DNA of 64,000 bases, from NCBI GenBank assembly GCA_002269645.1, contig NIVC01002563.1, positions 1 to 64,000 of the forward strand, in the 5' to 3' direction. Origin of the DNA: Macrostomum lignano (lineage: Eukaryota). Below, one piece after another: positions 23,701 through 39,200 of the stretch. The notes beneath the pieces were generated by a model that saw nothing but the letters and a program-made list of their open reading frames with translations, made no database searches and was not told the origin of the DNA. Position numbers and translations under genes: made by a program. Position 1 is the first letter of the stretch. The number at the start of each line of letters is the position of its first letter.

Positions 23701-26700
23701 ACTCGAGGAATTATATTGATTTTGGCACTCGAGGAATTACATTGATTTTTACACTCGAGGAATTATATTGATTTTGGCACTCGAGGAATTATATTGATTT
23801 TTACACTCGAGGAATTATATTGATTTTGGCACTCGAGGAATTATATTGATTTTGGCACTCGAGGAATTATATTGATTTTGGCATTCGAGGAATTATATTG
23901 ATTTTGGCACTCGAGGAATTATATTGATTTTTGCATTCGAGGAATTATATTGATTTTGGCACTCGAGGAATTATATTGATTTTGGCACTCGAGGAATTAT
24001 ATTGATTTTGGCACTCGAGGAATTATATTGATTTTGGCACTCGAGGAATTATATTGATTTTGGCACTCGAGGAATTATATTGATTTTTACACTCGAGGAA
24101 TTATATTGATTTTGGCACTCGAGGAATTATATTGATTTTGGCACTCGAGGAATTATATTGATTTTTACACTCGAGGAATTATATTGATTTTTACACTCGA
24201 GGAATTATATTGATTTTTACACTCGAGGAATTATATTGATTTTGGCACTCGAGGAATTATATTGATTTTTACACTCGAGGAATTATATTGATTTTTACAC
24301 TCGAGGAATTATATTGATTTTTGCACTCGAGGAATTATATTGATTTTTCGAGGAATTATATTGATTTTGGCACTCGAGGAATTATATTGATTTTGGCATC
24401 GAGGAATTATATTGATTTTTGGCACTCGAGGAATTATATTGATTTTGGCACTCGAGGAATTATATTGATTTTGGCACTCGAGGAATTATATTGATTTTTA
24501 CACTCGAGGAATTACATTGATTTTGGCACTCGAGGAATTATATTGATTTTGGCACTCGAGGAATTATATTGATTTTTACACTCGAGGAATTATATTGATT
24601 TTGGCACTCGAGGAATTATATTGATTTTTACACTCGAGGAATTATATTGATTTTGGCACTCGAGGAATTATATTGATTTTGGCACTCGAGGAATTATATT
24701 GATTTTGGCACTCGAGGAATTATATTGATTTTTACACTCGAGGAATTATATTGATTTTGGCACTCGAGGAATTATATTGATTTTGGCACTCGAGGAATTA
24801 TATTGATTTTTACACTCGAGGAATTATATTGATTTTGGCACTCGAGGAATTATATTGATTTTTACACTCGAGGAATTATATTGATTTTGGCATTCGAGGA
24901 ATTATATTGATTTTGGCACTCGAGGAATTATATTGATTTTGGCATTCGAGGAATTATATTGATTTTTACATTCGAGGAATTATATTGATTTTGGCATTCG
25001 AGGAATTATATTGATTTTGGCATTCGAGGAATTATATTGATTTTGGCATTCGAGGAATTATATTGATTTTTACACTCGAGGAATTATATTGATTTTTACA
25101 CTCGAGGAATTATATTGATTTTTACACTCGAGGAATTACATTGATTTTTACACTCGAGGAATTATATTGATTTTTACACTCGAGGAATTATATTGATTTT
25201 TACACTCGAGGAATTATATTGATTTTGGCACTCGAGGAATTATATTGATTTTTACACTCGAGGAATTATATTGATTTTGGCACTCGAGGAATTATATTGA
25301 TTTTGGCACTCGAGGAATTATATTGATTTTGGCACTCGAGGAATTATATTGATTTTGGCACTCGAGGAATTATATTGATTTTGGCATTCGAGGAATTATA
25401 TTGATTTTGGCATTCGAGGAATTACATTGATTTTGGCATTCGAAGAATTATATTGATTTTTACATTCGAGGAATTATATTGATTTTGGCATTCGAGGAAT
25501 TATATTGATTTTGGCATTCGAGGAATTATATTGATTTTGGCACTCGAGGAATTATATTGATTTTTACACTCGAGGAATTATATTGATTTTGGCACTCGAG
25601 GAATTATATTGATTTTGGCATTCGAGGAATTATATTGATTTTTGCATTCGAGGAATAATATTGATTTTGGCACTCGAAGAATTATATTGATTTTTACACT
25701 CGAGGAATTATATTGATTTTTACACTCGAGGAATTATATTGATTTTGGCATTCGAGGAATTATATTGATTTTGGCACTCGAGGAATTATATTGATTTTTG
25801 CATTCGAGGAATTATATTGATTTTGGCATTCGAGGAATTATATTGATTTTGGCATTCAAGGAATTATATTGATTTTGGCACTCGAGGAATTATATTGATT
25901 TTTACTCTCGAGGAATTACATTGATTTTGGCACTCGAGGAATTATATTGATTTTGGCACTCGAGGAATTATATTGATTTTTACACTCGAGGAATTACATT
26001 GATTTTGGCACTCGAGGAATTATATTGATTTTGGCACTCGAGGAATTATATTGATTTTTACACTCGAGGAATTATATTGATTTTGGCACTCGAGGAATTA
26101 TATTGATTTTTACACTCGAGGAATTATATTGATTTTGGCACTCGAGGAATTATATTGATTTTGGCACTCGAGGAATTATATTGATTTTGGCACTCGAGGA
26201 ATTATATTGATTTTTACACTCGAGGAATTATATTGATTTTTACACTCGAGGAATTATATTGATTTTTACACTCGAGGAATTATATTGATTTTGGCATTCG
26301 AGGAATTATATTGATTTTGGCACTCGAGGAATTATATTGATTTTTACACTCGAGGAATTACATTGATTTTTACACTCGAGGAATTATATTGATTTTTACA
26401 CTCGAGGAATTACATTGATTTTTACACTCGAGGAATTATATTGATTTTTACACTCGAGGAATTATATTGATTTTGGCACTCGAGGAATTACATTGATTTT
26501 TACACTCGAGGAATTATATTGATTTTTACACTCGAGGAATTATATTGATTTTGGCATTCGAGGAATTACATTGATTTTGGCACTCGAGGAATTACATTGA
26601 TTTTGGCACTCGAGGAATTACATTGATTTTGGCACACGAGGAATTACATTGATTTTGGCACTCGAGGAATTATATTGATTTTGGCACTCGAGGAATTACA

Positions 26701-28624
26701 TTGATTTTGGCACTGGAGGAATTATATTGAGTTTGGCACTCGAGGAATTATATTGATTTTTACACTCGAGGAATTATATTGATTTTGGCACTCGAGGAAT
26801 TATATTGATTTTTACACTCGAGGAATTATATTGATTTTGGCACTCGAGGAATTATATTGATTTTGGCACTCGAGGAATTATTTGATTTTGGCACTCGAGG
26901 AATTATATTGATTTTTACACTCGAGGAATTATATTGATTTTGGCACTCGAGGAATTATATTGATTTTGGCACTCGAGGAATTATATTGATTTTTACACTC
27001 GAGGAATTATATTGATTTTGGCACTCGAGGAATTATATTGATTTTTACACTCGAGGAATTATATTGATTTTGGCACTCGAGGAATTATATTGATTTTGGC
27101 ACTCGAGGAATTACATTGATTTTGGCACTCGAGGAATTATATTGATTTTTACATTCGAGAATTATATTGATTTTGGCATTCGAGGAATTATATTGATTTT
27201 GGCATTCGAGGAATTATATTGATTTTGGCACTCGAGGAATTACATTGATTTTGGCATTCGAGGAATTATATTGATTTTGGCATTCAAGGAATTACATTGA
27301 TTTTTACACTCGAGGAATTATATTGATTTTTACACTCGAGGAATTGCATTGATTTTTACACTCGAGGAATTATATTGATTTTTACACTCGAGGAATTACA
27401 TTGATTTTTACACTCGAGGAATTATATTGATTTTTACACTCGAGGAATTACTCGTATATTGATTTTTACACTCGAGTAATTATATTGATTTTTACACTCA
27501 AGGAATTACATTGATTTTGGCACTCGAGGAATTATATTGATTTTGGCACTCGAGGAATTATATTGATTTTTACACTCGAGGAATTATATTGATTTTTACA
27601 CTCGAGGAATTATATTGATTTTTACACTCGAGGAATTACATTGATTTTTACACTCGAGGAATTATATTGATTTTTACACTCGAGGAATTATATTGATTTT
27701 GGCACTCGAGGAATTACATTGATTTTTACACTCGAGGAATTATATTGATTTTTACACTCAAGGAATTATATTGATTTTTACACTCGAGGAATTATATTGA
27801 TTTTTACACTCGAGGAATTATATTGATTTTGGCATTCGAGGAATTATATTGATTTTGGCACTCGAGGAATTACATTGATTTTGGCACTCGAGGAATTACA
27901 TTGATTTTGGCACTCGAGGAATTACATTGATTTTGGCACTCGAGGAATTATATTGATTTTGGCACTCGAGGAATTACATTGATTTTGGCACTCGAGGAAT
28001 TACATTGATTTTGGCACTCGAGGAATTACATTGATTTTGGCACTCGAGGAATTATATTGATTTTTACACTCGAGGAATTATATTGATTTTTACACTCGAG
28101 GAATTATATTGATTTTTACACTCGAGGAATTATATTGATTTTTACACTCGAGGAATTACATTGATTTTGGCACTCGAGGAATTATATTGATTTTGGCACT
28201 CGAGGAATTATATTGATTTTTACACTCGAGGAATTATATTGATTTTGGCATTCGAGGAATTACATTGATTTTTGCACTCGAGGAATTACGTTGATTTTGG
28301 CACTTGAGGAATTATATTGATTATTACACTCGAGGAATTACATTGATTTTGGCACTCGAGGAATTACATTGATTTTGGCACTCGAGGAATTACATTGATT
28401 TTGGCACTCGAGGAATTACATTGATTTTGGCACTCGAGGAATTACATTGATTTTGGCACTCGAGGAATTACATTGATTTTGGCACTCGAGGAATTACATT
28501 GATTTTGGCACTCGAGGAATTACATTGATTTTGGCACTCGAGGAATTACATTGATTTTGGCACTCGAGGAATTACATTGATTTTGGCACTCGAGGAATTA
28601 CATTGATTTTGGCACTCGAGGAAT
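17781..28624. repeat. 26-bp satellite array (CACTCGAGGAATTATATTGATTTT[TA/GG]), ~10.8 kb, ~415 copies
   Basis: Uninterrupted tandem units; XhoI site CTCGAG in most units; 26 is not a multiple of 3, so stops recur in every frame. Confidence 0.98.
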
Positions 28625-28847
28625 ACTTCGACGTCTACGGATTCTGTTACGCTCTCACGTTCGGCCGATTTTAGAATTCAAGAAGACTACTCCGGAGGAA
28701 GAAGCCTTGAAGAAACGAGCTCGGAGAACCTGCCCAAAAAAGAAGAGGAGCCCGCAACAGTAAGTGATCACTGAATTTTGTCCCCAGGCTTAAGTGTCTG
28801 GAAGTGGGAGTTTTCGGGTGACTGATCACCACCCGATCAAACTCTTC

Positions 28848-29195
28848 ACTCTCTCCCGCTCTCTCCCACTTTCTCCCACTCTCTCCCGCTCTCTCCCGCT
28901 CTCTCCCGCTCTCTCCCTCTCTCTCCCGCTCTCTCCCTCTCTTTCCCGCCCTCTCCCGCTCTCTCCCGCTCTCTCCCGCTCTCTCCCGCTCTCTCCCGCT
29001 CTCTCCCGCTCTCTCCCGCTCTCTCCCGCTCTCTCCCGCTCTCTCCCGCTCTCTCCCGCTCTCTCCCGCTCTCTCCCGCTCTCTCCCGCTCTCTCCCTCT
29101 CTTCCCCGCCCTCTCCCGCTCTCTCCCGCTCTCTCCCACTCTCTCCCACTCTCTCCCACTCTCTCCCTCTCTCTCCCTCTCTCTCCCTCTCTCTA
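28848..29195. repeat. Second 10-bp (CTCTCTCCCG)n array, same orientation as 15754-17003
   Basis: Seen directly. Confidence 0.97.
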
Positions 29196-29417
29196 CCACT
29201 CTTGAATAACTGGCTCAAATAAAGAACTATCTTTTATTACGGCCAAAGCATAGTCAGTTACACTTTTGTTATTCCATAGCATACTGTATAACGATATGTA
29301 TGCTAAGTATAGTTTATTAAGTTATAAAGTGCGAGACAGTTTCGAGTACAAAGTACAAACCAAATGTACATTGAAAAGTTTCATGGAAATTATCAAATTA
29401 AAAAGCAACTGTCCGCG

Positions 29418-29618
29418 TCACACCTGAGACAGCGGCCTGTCGAAGTGAATCCGGTAAGAGTAGACCAGCTCGGCCTGCTCCGCAGTGCTGCTGAACAGGG
29501 ACTCATTAACGATTCGGAGCACGCCAAAGATGGCTAGAAACTGCAGTGCCAGCAGCAAGCCCACGTTCAGGCCCAGCTCCAGGTAGAGAAACAGCTCGCT
29601 TGGCAAAAATGCTAGCAT
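29418..29618 (-). CDS. Small hydrophobic ORF (66 aa, one TM segment); may instead be the first exon (29618-29424) of the hypothetical membrane gene
   Basis: Coding-like GC content in AT-rich surroundings; hydrophobic stretch LGLNVGLLLALQFLAIFGVL; possible CAG|GTGTGA donor at 29423. Confidence 0.3.
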   Translation of the reverse strand: MLAFLPSELFLYLELGLNVGLLLALQFLAIFGVLRIVNESLFSSTAEQAELVYSYRIHFDRPLSQV

Positions 29619-29759
29619 TGTTGTGCGCTGTTGCAGTGGCGCTTTGTGCCTTGATTTTGAGCAAAAGCATTAGTTAAATGGGGGAGATAAATTAGTTCAG
29701 ATAATAGTTAAATGGGGGAATTAAATATAGTCTATGGCGCAATTGTTCTTTTTGCTTTT

Positions 29760-29883
29760 ACTGCTTGACCAGCGAGCGAGACTGACGGCTTTGCGTTCCA
29801 AATTCCTGCACCAAACACCAATCCTCTTCATCAGTCTGTCCGTTTACGGTCAGGTGCCATAACCACTGGGCTACTCTACCCCC
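29760..29883 (-). mobile_element. tRNA-like SINE head fragment
   Basis: Minus strand reads GGGGGTAGAGTAGCCCAGTGGTT (A box), similar to other SINE heads in the window; no clear B box. Confidence 0.45.
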
Positions 29884-30567
29884 TTTCTCCATCCCCGTTT
29901 TCTCTCTACCCCCTTTCTCCATCCCCGTTTTCTCTCTACCCCCTTTCTCCATCCCTGTTTTCTCTCTACCCCCTTTCTCCATCCCCGTTTTCTCTCTACC
30001 CCCTTTCTCCATCCCCGTTTTCTCTCTACCCCCTTTCTCCATCCCCGTTTTCTCTCTACCCCCTTTCTCCATCCCCGTTTTCTCTCTGCCCCCTTTCTCC
30101 ATCCCCGTTTTCTCTCTGCCCCCTTTCTCCATCCCCGTTTTCTCTCTACCCCCTTTCTCCATCCCCGTTTTCTCTCTGCCCCCTTTCTCCATCCCCGTTT
30201 TCTCTCTACCCCCTTTCTCCATCCCCGTTTTCTCTCTGCCCCCTTTCTCCATCCCCGTTTTCTCTCTGCCCCCTTTCTCCATCCCCGTTTTCTCTCTACC
30301 CCCTTTCTCCATCCCCGTTTTCTCTCTACCCCCTTTCTCCATCCCCGTTTTCTCTCTACCCCCTTTCTCCATCCCCGTTTTCTCTCTACCCCCTTTCTCC
30401 ATCCCCGTTTTCTCTCTGCCCCCTTTCTCCATCCCCGTTTTCTCTCTACCCCCTTTCTCCATCCCCGTTTTCTCTCTGCCCCCTTTCTCCATCCCCGTTT
30501 TCTCTTTACCCCCTTTCTCCATCCCCGTTTTCTCTCTACCCTCTTTCTCCATCCCCGTTTTCTCTCC
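29874..30567. repeat. 30-bp minisatellite (CTCTACCCCCTTTCTCCATCCCCGTTTTCT)n, ~23 copies
   Basis: Seen directly; the KTGMEKGGRE ORF is a by-product. Confidence 0.97.
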
Positions 30568-30601
30568 CCCTCTCTGTCCCCGTTTAAACTCGATTAGAGC
30601 A

Positions 30602-33833
<3,232 letters not shown>

Positions 33834-35394
33834 ACTCTGGATAGCTGGCTCTACTGTAGTGCCTTTCTTATAAATATGAATAGATTCGCTTAGCACGCAG
33901 GTCACGTGCAGATGGTGTTACCTTCTTAGTGTCAAGTCTGCTTGTGATTTTTGCATAGACTTCTTTACGAACTCGTCTCGTATATCTGGCTAAGAACCTC
34001 TGCTTGGGCCACAGACTTTTTGCGCTCTCAAAAAGTTTGGGAAGTGAGATGAGAAAGCGTTGGGACCATGGAGGAAAGATATTCTTTCCTCCATGGTTGG
34101 GACCAGCCTACGAAGCGGAAAGTCAGTCCCAGAAATGTTGGTACTTCGGATAAAGTCAAATTGCGGTGAATAGCGTCGCTTCAATTGAGCAATAAAGAGC
34201 AATGTGGCAATCCAATCCAATTGTAAAACTACTCGTAAACGGTTTAGCTACAAGATTGGCCAAATATCGACTATTGAACCCCTCATCAAGGTTTTTTTGC
34301 AAGGTTGTGATGCGTTTCGGTCGACTCAGACGAGTTTTATATACAAACTCTTTTATTTACTCCAATTACATCGAATAACAAAAATGGTATGAGTCAACCG
34401 AAACTCTTCAAAACTATGTGAATAACCCTATGTGAGCTGCCACACTTCGGAAGAAGTCATTCATTTGTTGGACGCATTATTAAGTGCACATGACATAAGC
34501 GGCATAAGTCAACTGTACCTGAAATGGGTACGTCAAGCTTGCTTGGCGGCAGGGTGTGCCAGGCTGACATTCGGTCTACAGCCGTTCATCAGCCGCAGGG
34601 CTTCGGACTAGAGAGTAAAACAGCGGCTGCTGAAGCTTCTGGCCCATCGCTGTTGCCCGAGGATGATAGCGCCAGCGCTGTCGAGGTTCTGGATTGGCGT
34701 CGGTTGTCCTGTCATGAGAAGTGCACACCTGCTCTGTTGCGCGTGCATCAGTGCATCGGCGCTTTCTGGTTGCAGTCTTCTGTGTGCGCTTCTGTCTCAG
34801 CAAGGATCACTTTAGTATAGCATGACGTTGCATTCAAAGATCGTGTAATTTTTTTAGGAAGCCAAGTTTCTCGAAAAAAAAATTTTTTTTATATATTTTT
34901 TCTACACAAAATCAATAATTTCATTTGATACGAGTTAGTGAAGATTACCATTCCTTTAGTTAAGGATGCACAACATGTTACTCTGTTGTATTTTATATAG
35001 CTGTGTAGTGAAAGTTTCATTTTCATTTTTTAAGACCAAGCCAAACTTGTTTTTTTTCGTTTTTGAATCACTTGAGTATGTATTCAATATATTTGTAATA
35101 AAATTGTTCGATGAAGATAAATCTTAGCGTTAAGCTAGGCCTCTAGCTTAAGAGTAATAGCTTTCTAAAGACAACAATATAAAAAATGATATCGTTAAAC
35201 ATTGTCTGCTGTAGTGCATGCTGCACTCAGGGATTACTAAATACTCACGGACGGTAAACGATATCGAATGATACAAAAAAGTTTTGAGTCCAATTTTTTA
35301 AATTCCCGTGCTGGTGGAGTTTTAACTCTAAGAAAGTCAAATTTTCAGCTCCTACGTAAAATTTATCCCGCGAACGGCAATAAACATTCTACAA

Positions 35395-35500
35395 GCGCGT
35401 GTCCGCAAGCTTGTGTGCCTTCTCAAGGGAGTCGGCGGAATGGGCAGTAATGCCTCTTGCCGGTTGTGTGACAATGTCGCTTCATTTGTGCCAGAGCGCA
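35395..35500 (+). mobile_element. Fragment of the SINE family seen at 46255-46784 and 61345-61712, in opposite orientation
   Basis: GGGAGTCGGCGGAATGGGCAGTAATGCCTC is the exact reverse complement of sequence at ~46485-46515. Confidence 0.7.
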
Positions 35501-35828
35501 GACAATCCTGCGTCTAATAAAAAGATCTGTTTTGATTCTGATAGCTGTTAGGCTGGGGCAAAATTAGGAGAAGGGTGGCAAAGAACAGGGGGAGAAACGG
35601 AGAGACTCCCGACAGGGACCCGTTTTCAATCAGCCAGCAAGCCGAGACGTTCCTTTGTGATCGAATGTATTGGCCTGGCCCGTACTGTACTTTAGCTGCC
35701 CCAATGATGCTTTATCTGCTCTCGCGCTGATTGGCTGCTCGGTTTCCAGCTCTGTCTTTCTCTCTCTCTCTCTCTCTCTGTGACCTTCCCCACCTGTTCC
35801 ACATTCGTAACTTATTTTTTGCTCTTGC

Positions 35829-35918
35829 TGACCGTACACCATTTAACTCTCTACCCCCTGACCGTACACCATTTAACTCTCTACCCCCTGACCGTACACC
35901 ATTTAACTCTCTACCCCC
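35829..35918. repeat. 30-bp tandem repeat x3 (TGACCGTACACCATTTAACTCTCTACCCCC)
   Basis: Seen directly. Confidence 0.92.
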
Positions 35919-36828
35919 GAGTTGTACAATGCATCTCCCTCACCCTGCAGCCAATCAGCTTGCACGCTTTTTATTCTTCAGGCGCAACTCCACCCCACAC
36001 AAATATCGATTTCTTATACCTCTAAAGCCACTCTTACATCTGGCTCCTGGGATTTTCTCATCCCCTCAAGATACTAATGTCCTTACTCGCTGTGCCCTCC
36101 TATTGGCTGTCCATTCGTCGCCTTTCACCCCAGGTTTTTCTAACCCCATTGTTTTAGCATGGCTGTGCAGCCAGTCCTCTCTCTCCCTCTGCCCCCTACC
36201 CAGTTAGGGCATTGTCACGAGGACGCGTGTGTATTTTCTGCGACCCTGGTTGCCGGTTTACTGTAGCAGTTCATCTTCAAGCAAAATCAAGCTTTCACAT
36301 AAATTTCTATCAGTTTGAAGTGTGACGTCCGTTTTTTAAACAATTTATTGCTGTGTCTATCGACCTAAAGGACTACATTATAGTGATTGAAAAAACGGTT
36401 TACAAGCTGAGAGACTGTTTGAATAAACAAAAAATATTGGTCAATGAAATCTGTTACAAGTGTGCGAAGCATGTTTTACTGTATTTGATACGCAATTTGC
36501 TTTCACCCAGGAGCAATTGCGTTTTCACCATTGCTCGGCAGTTGCCCCCCATTCTACAGTTATTCCATGTAAAAATTTCATCATGCGACTGCTTTCCCAC
36601 CTTCATTATCTATTTATCCATCCTTAACTTTGCATTAGCATGAACTAAGTGTGGAGTAATGAATGACGTCTGTGCTGGGGCAAAAATGCATACTCTGCTC
36701 TCTTCGACCATTATTTAAACTCAGCTAAGCTGCTAAGCAATCTACGATTGCGTCAAGCACAGGGGTCGCAAAATTAATTTTATGTTGGTCTTTCGAGCTC
36801 GATGGGGCCAAACTCGGAGACGAGTGAA

Positions 36829-39035
36829 CTAATGATTCAAAAGGGGCTCGATATAGTCGCACCCAGAGATAGTGCAGCAGCCTAGGAAGCAGAGATCACT
36901 GACAAACGTACCTGGACTCGTACAACTGGCAGGTTTACACAAAGTCCAGGATTCTTGGCTGGGATTCCAGCGTTGAACAGACAATTGCGCTTCTTTTTGA
37001 CTCAGTCCTCCAAAAGTCTCAGCTTTACCACCAAACACGTATATATAATCATTCAACACTGTTGCGCTATGATACATGCGCTTGCCGAGCAGTGGAGCCG
37101 TCTTAGACCAACTCTGCTCCTCTGCGTTGTAGCAATACACCTCTTTAGTTCCGATCGATTTTCGATGCTTCCCTCCCCCGATTGCGTATAGACAGTTGTC
37201 AAATGCCACGAGCTGAAAATAAACATTGGAAATAGTATGACATTTATTGCACGATATGTTTTTAAGTGAATGTTTTCGGGCAAACAAACAAATGTTGTTG
37301 TTTTTTCAGCTTAAATTTACGAACTACAGCAGTTTTTTGTGGGCATTAACATGCAATCAACATGTACAGGTAGAGGTACATGTAGGCGCGTTCATCATTC
37401 TTTCATATTTTCGACTCCAATAGTTTTGTACTACAAGCTTTCAAGTAGCTACATTGCGTTTCTCTGCTCTCCCCCGGCTTATGTCGTCTGATTTTAACAG
37501 TTCAATGCTTAAAACAACAATTTAGCCAATTAAATGACATGATACTATTGGCATTAGCAACTAGAACTCACAGCAAATCCAACAAGTTCGACTGGCAGAG
37601 TTGCAGTCAGCAGAGTCCACTGGTCATTCTGACAGTCGTATCGCTCCATGGATGAGTGCCAGGCTCCCATGCACACATAAACCATGCCGTTTAGACTGGC
37701 AGCGCTGGCTCCAACCCGAGTTACCAACATATTCTGCCGCGGCCGCCAGAGGCCAGTAGCTGGGTTATACTGCTCAACAATGCCTAGGGACGAGCATCTG
37801 AACTTAAAGAACTTACTGAATTCCTTAGTGCCGCCCATCACGTAGATCAAGCCGTCGCACACACAGCCGCAGGCTTGGGTACGGGAATTTGATAGCGGGG
37901 TGCCCGGACGCCAGATGCGAAGTCGCAAATCAAAAATGTGAACTTCTCGGGACGTTTTAAAACAATCTTCGTCCTTACAAGTTACGCCACCAATAACATA
38001 CACGAGGTTGTCTAGATGCAGACAGACAGCCTCTATGGTACGGAAGTTGGTAGCCGGCGAGAAATTACTGTGAACAACCATCTCAGACAGTATCGGGTTA
38101 AACACTTGTACAATTTGTTCACGTGAAACAAAATTATATGGGACACTTCCACAGCAGAGGAACGCAGCTTGGCGAGGAAGCCGGCTCCGTTGCCTCTCTC
38201 TGCTGTCTGCAGTTCTGTCTTTCCCGAAGTACGTACTCAGTATGGACTCCCACTCTGCTGCTTTGGCCAGATGGTGAGCGGACATCTCCTGCAGCTGAGC
38301 GTCAGTTATCATGAAGTGTCTCATTCGGCGAACCAGGTCACAGAAGTACTTGCTACGGTCGAGCTGCTCCGTCTCGATCCACCGGCAAATGACATCGAAG
38401 ATGACGATCTCGGCTGGCACGTTCAGGTACTTGCTGTCAATCAGCTCGCACAGCTGTTCACCCGAGCACAGCTTAACAAACTGCGGCTGTTCGGTTGCAG
38501 CGACAAAGTGCTCCAGAATGAAATCCTTAGCGAAATCGTACAAAAGCTTGCAGGTGCACTCAGGATCAACAGCTGTAGTCATCACCATCCAGCAGTTATA
38601 GGGACTGAGCTTCTTGATCGCAGTGCTCACGATTGCGTCAATCAGGAAGGGTATCTCGAAGTGCTTCGCCAAGCTGAGTCGTCTCTTGAGTAGGTCGGCG
38701 TCCTGCATAAGATTCCCAAGGAACTGCTCATTCATTCTGTCATCAGCAGCATCAGTTTCTGTTGGCACGCGCTCGCTGTCTCGGTGCTCATCTATGTAGT
38801 GAAGGTAGGCCATCAGGTTTCTGAATTCCAGCGGGTCGGAATAGGTCACGGCAGTCATGGCAGGCTGGGCAGCGCGTATTGCAGAGGCGAACAGCTTGTA
38901 GAAATAGCGAGAGTAGCGAGCCAGGACTTTTCTGTTTACTCTGAAAGCCTTCTGCGAGTTCAACACGATGGTCCAATCGGCCGAGAAGAAGTCCGTATCG
39001 AGCCACACGTGCATTGGAAGCGTGACGAACTCCAT
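36829..39035 (-). CDS. BTB-BACK-Kelch protein, KLHL10-like paralog 2; exons 39035-37572 and 37212-36829
   Basis: Same architecture and intron position as paralog 1 (GCT|GTGAGT ... TTTTCAG|CTC, phase 0). Confidence 0.92.
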
Positions 39036-39200
39036 ACTCCGCTTAGTTTACGCTCGTAGTAGTGAGAATGGACTCGAATTTTCGTTCGGTTAGTCAATTT
39101 AGACTTATTCGAATTGTCTGTAACCTAAGAATGCTAATGTACTGAGCGACCTCACTGCTCTTTATCTTATGTGAGTGCCTTTTCAACTTCGTGCCTAAAC

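Noticed and set aside
17781-28624. CRISPR-like appearance of the regular 26-bp array
   Set aside because: The units abut with no unique spacers, there are no cas genes, and the context is eukaryotic; it is a satellite.
28625-28770. Frame reading LLRSHVRPILEF...ALKKRARR, resembling the CR1/L2 RT C-terminal VRP.LEY motif, and an alternative frame ending at a GTAAGT donor
   Set aside because: The match is too short and has no surrounding RT motifs; a profile search would be needed.
34065-34097. Helitron 3' terminal hairpin
   Set aside because: No CTRR terminus at the expected ~10-12 nt distance on either strand.
34560-34803. Minus-strand RRLQPESADALM, resembling a hAT dimerisation-domain motif
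   Set aside because: A single weak motif with no TIR/TSD pair or catalytic residues that I could identify.
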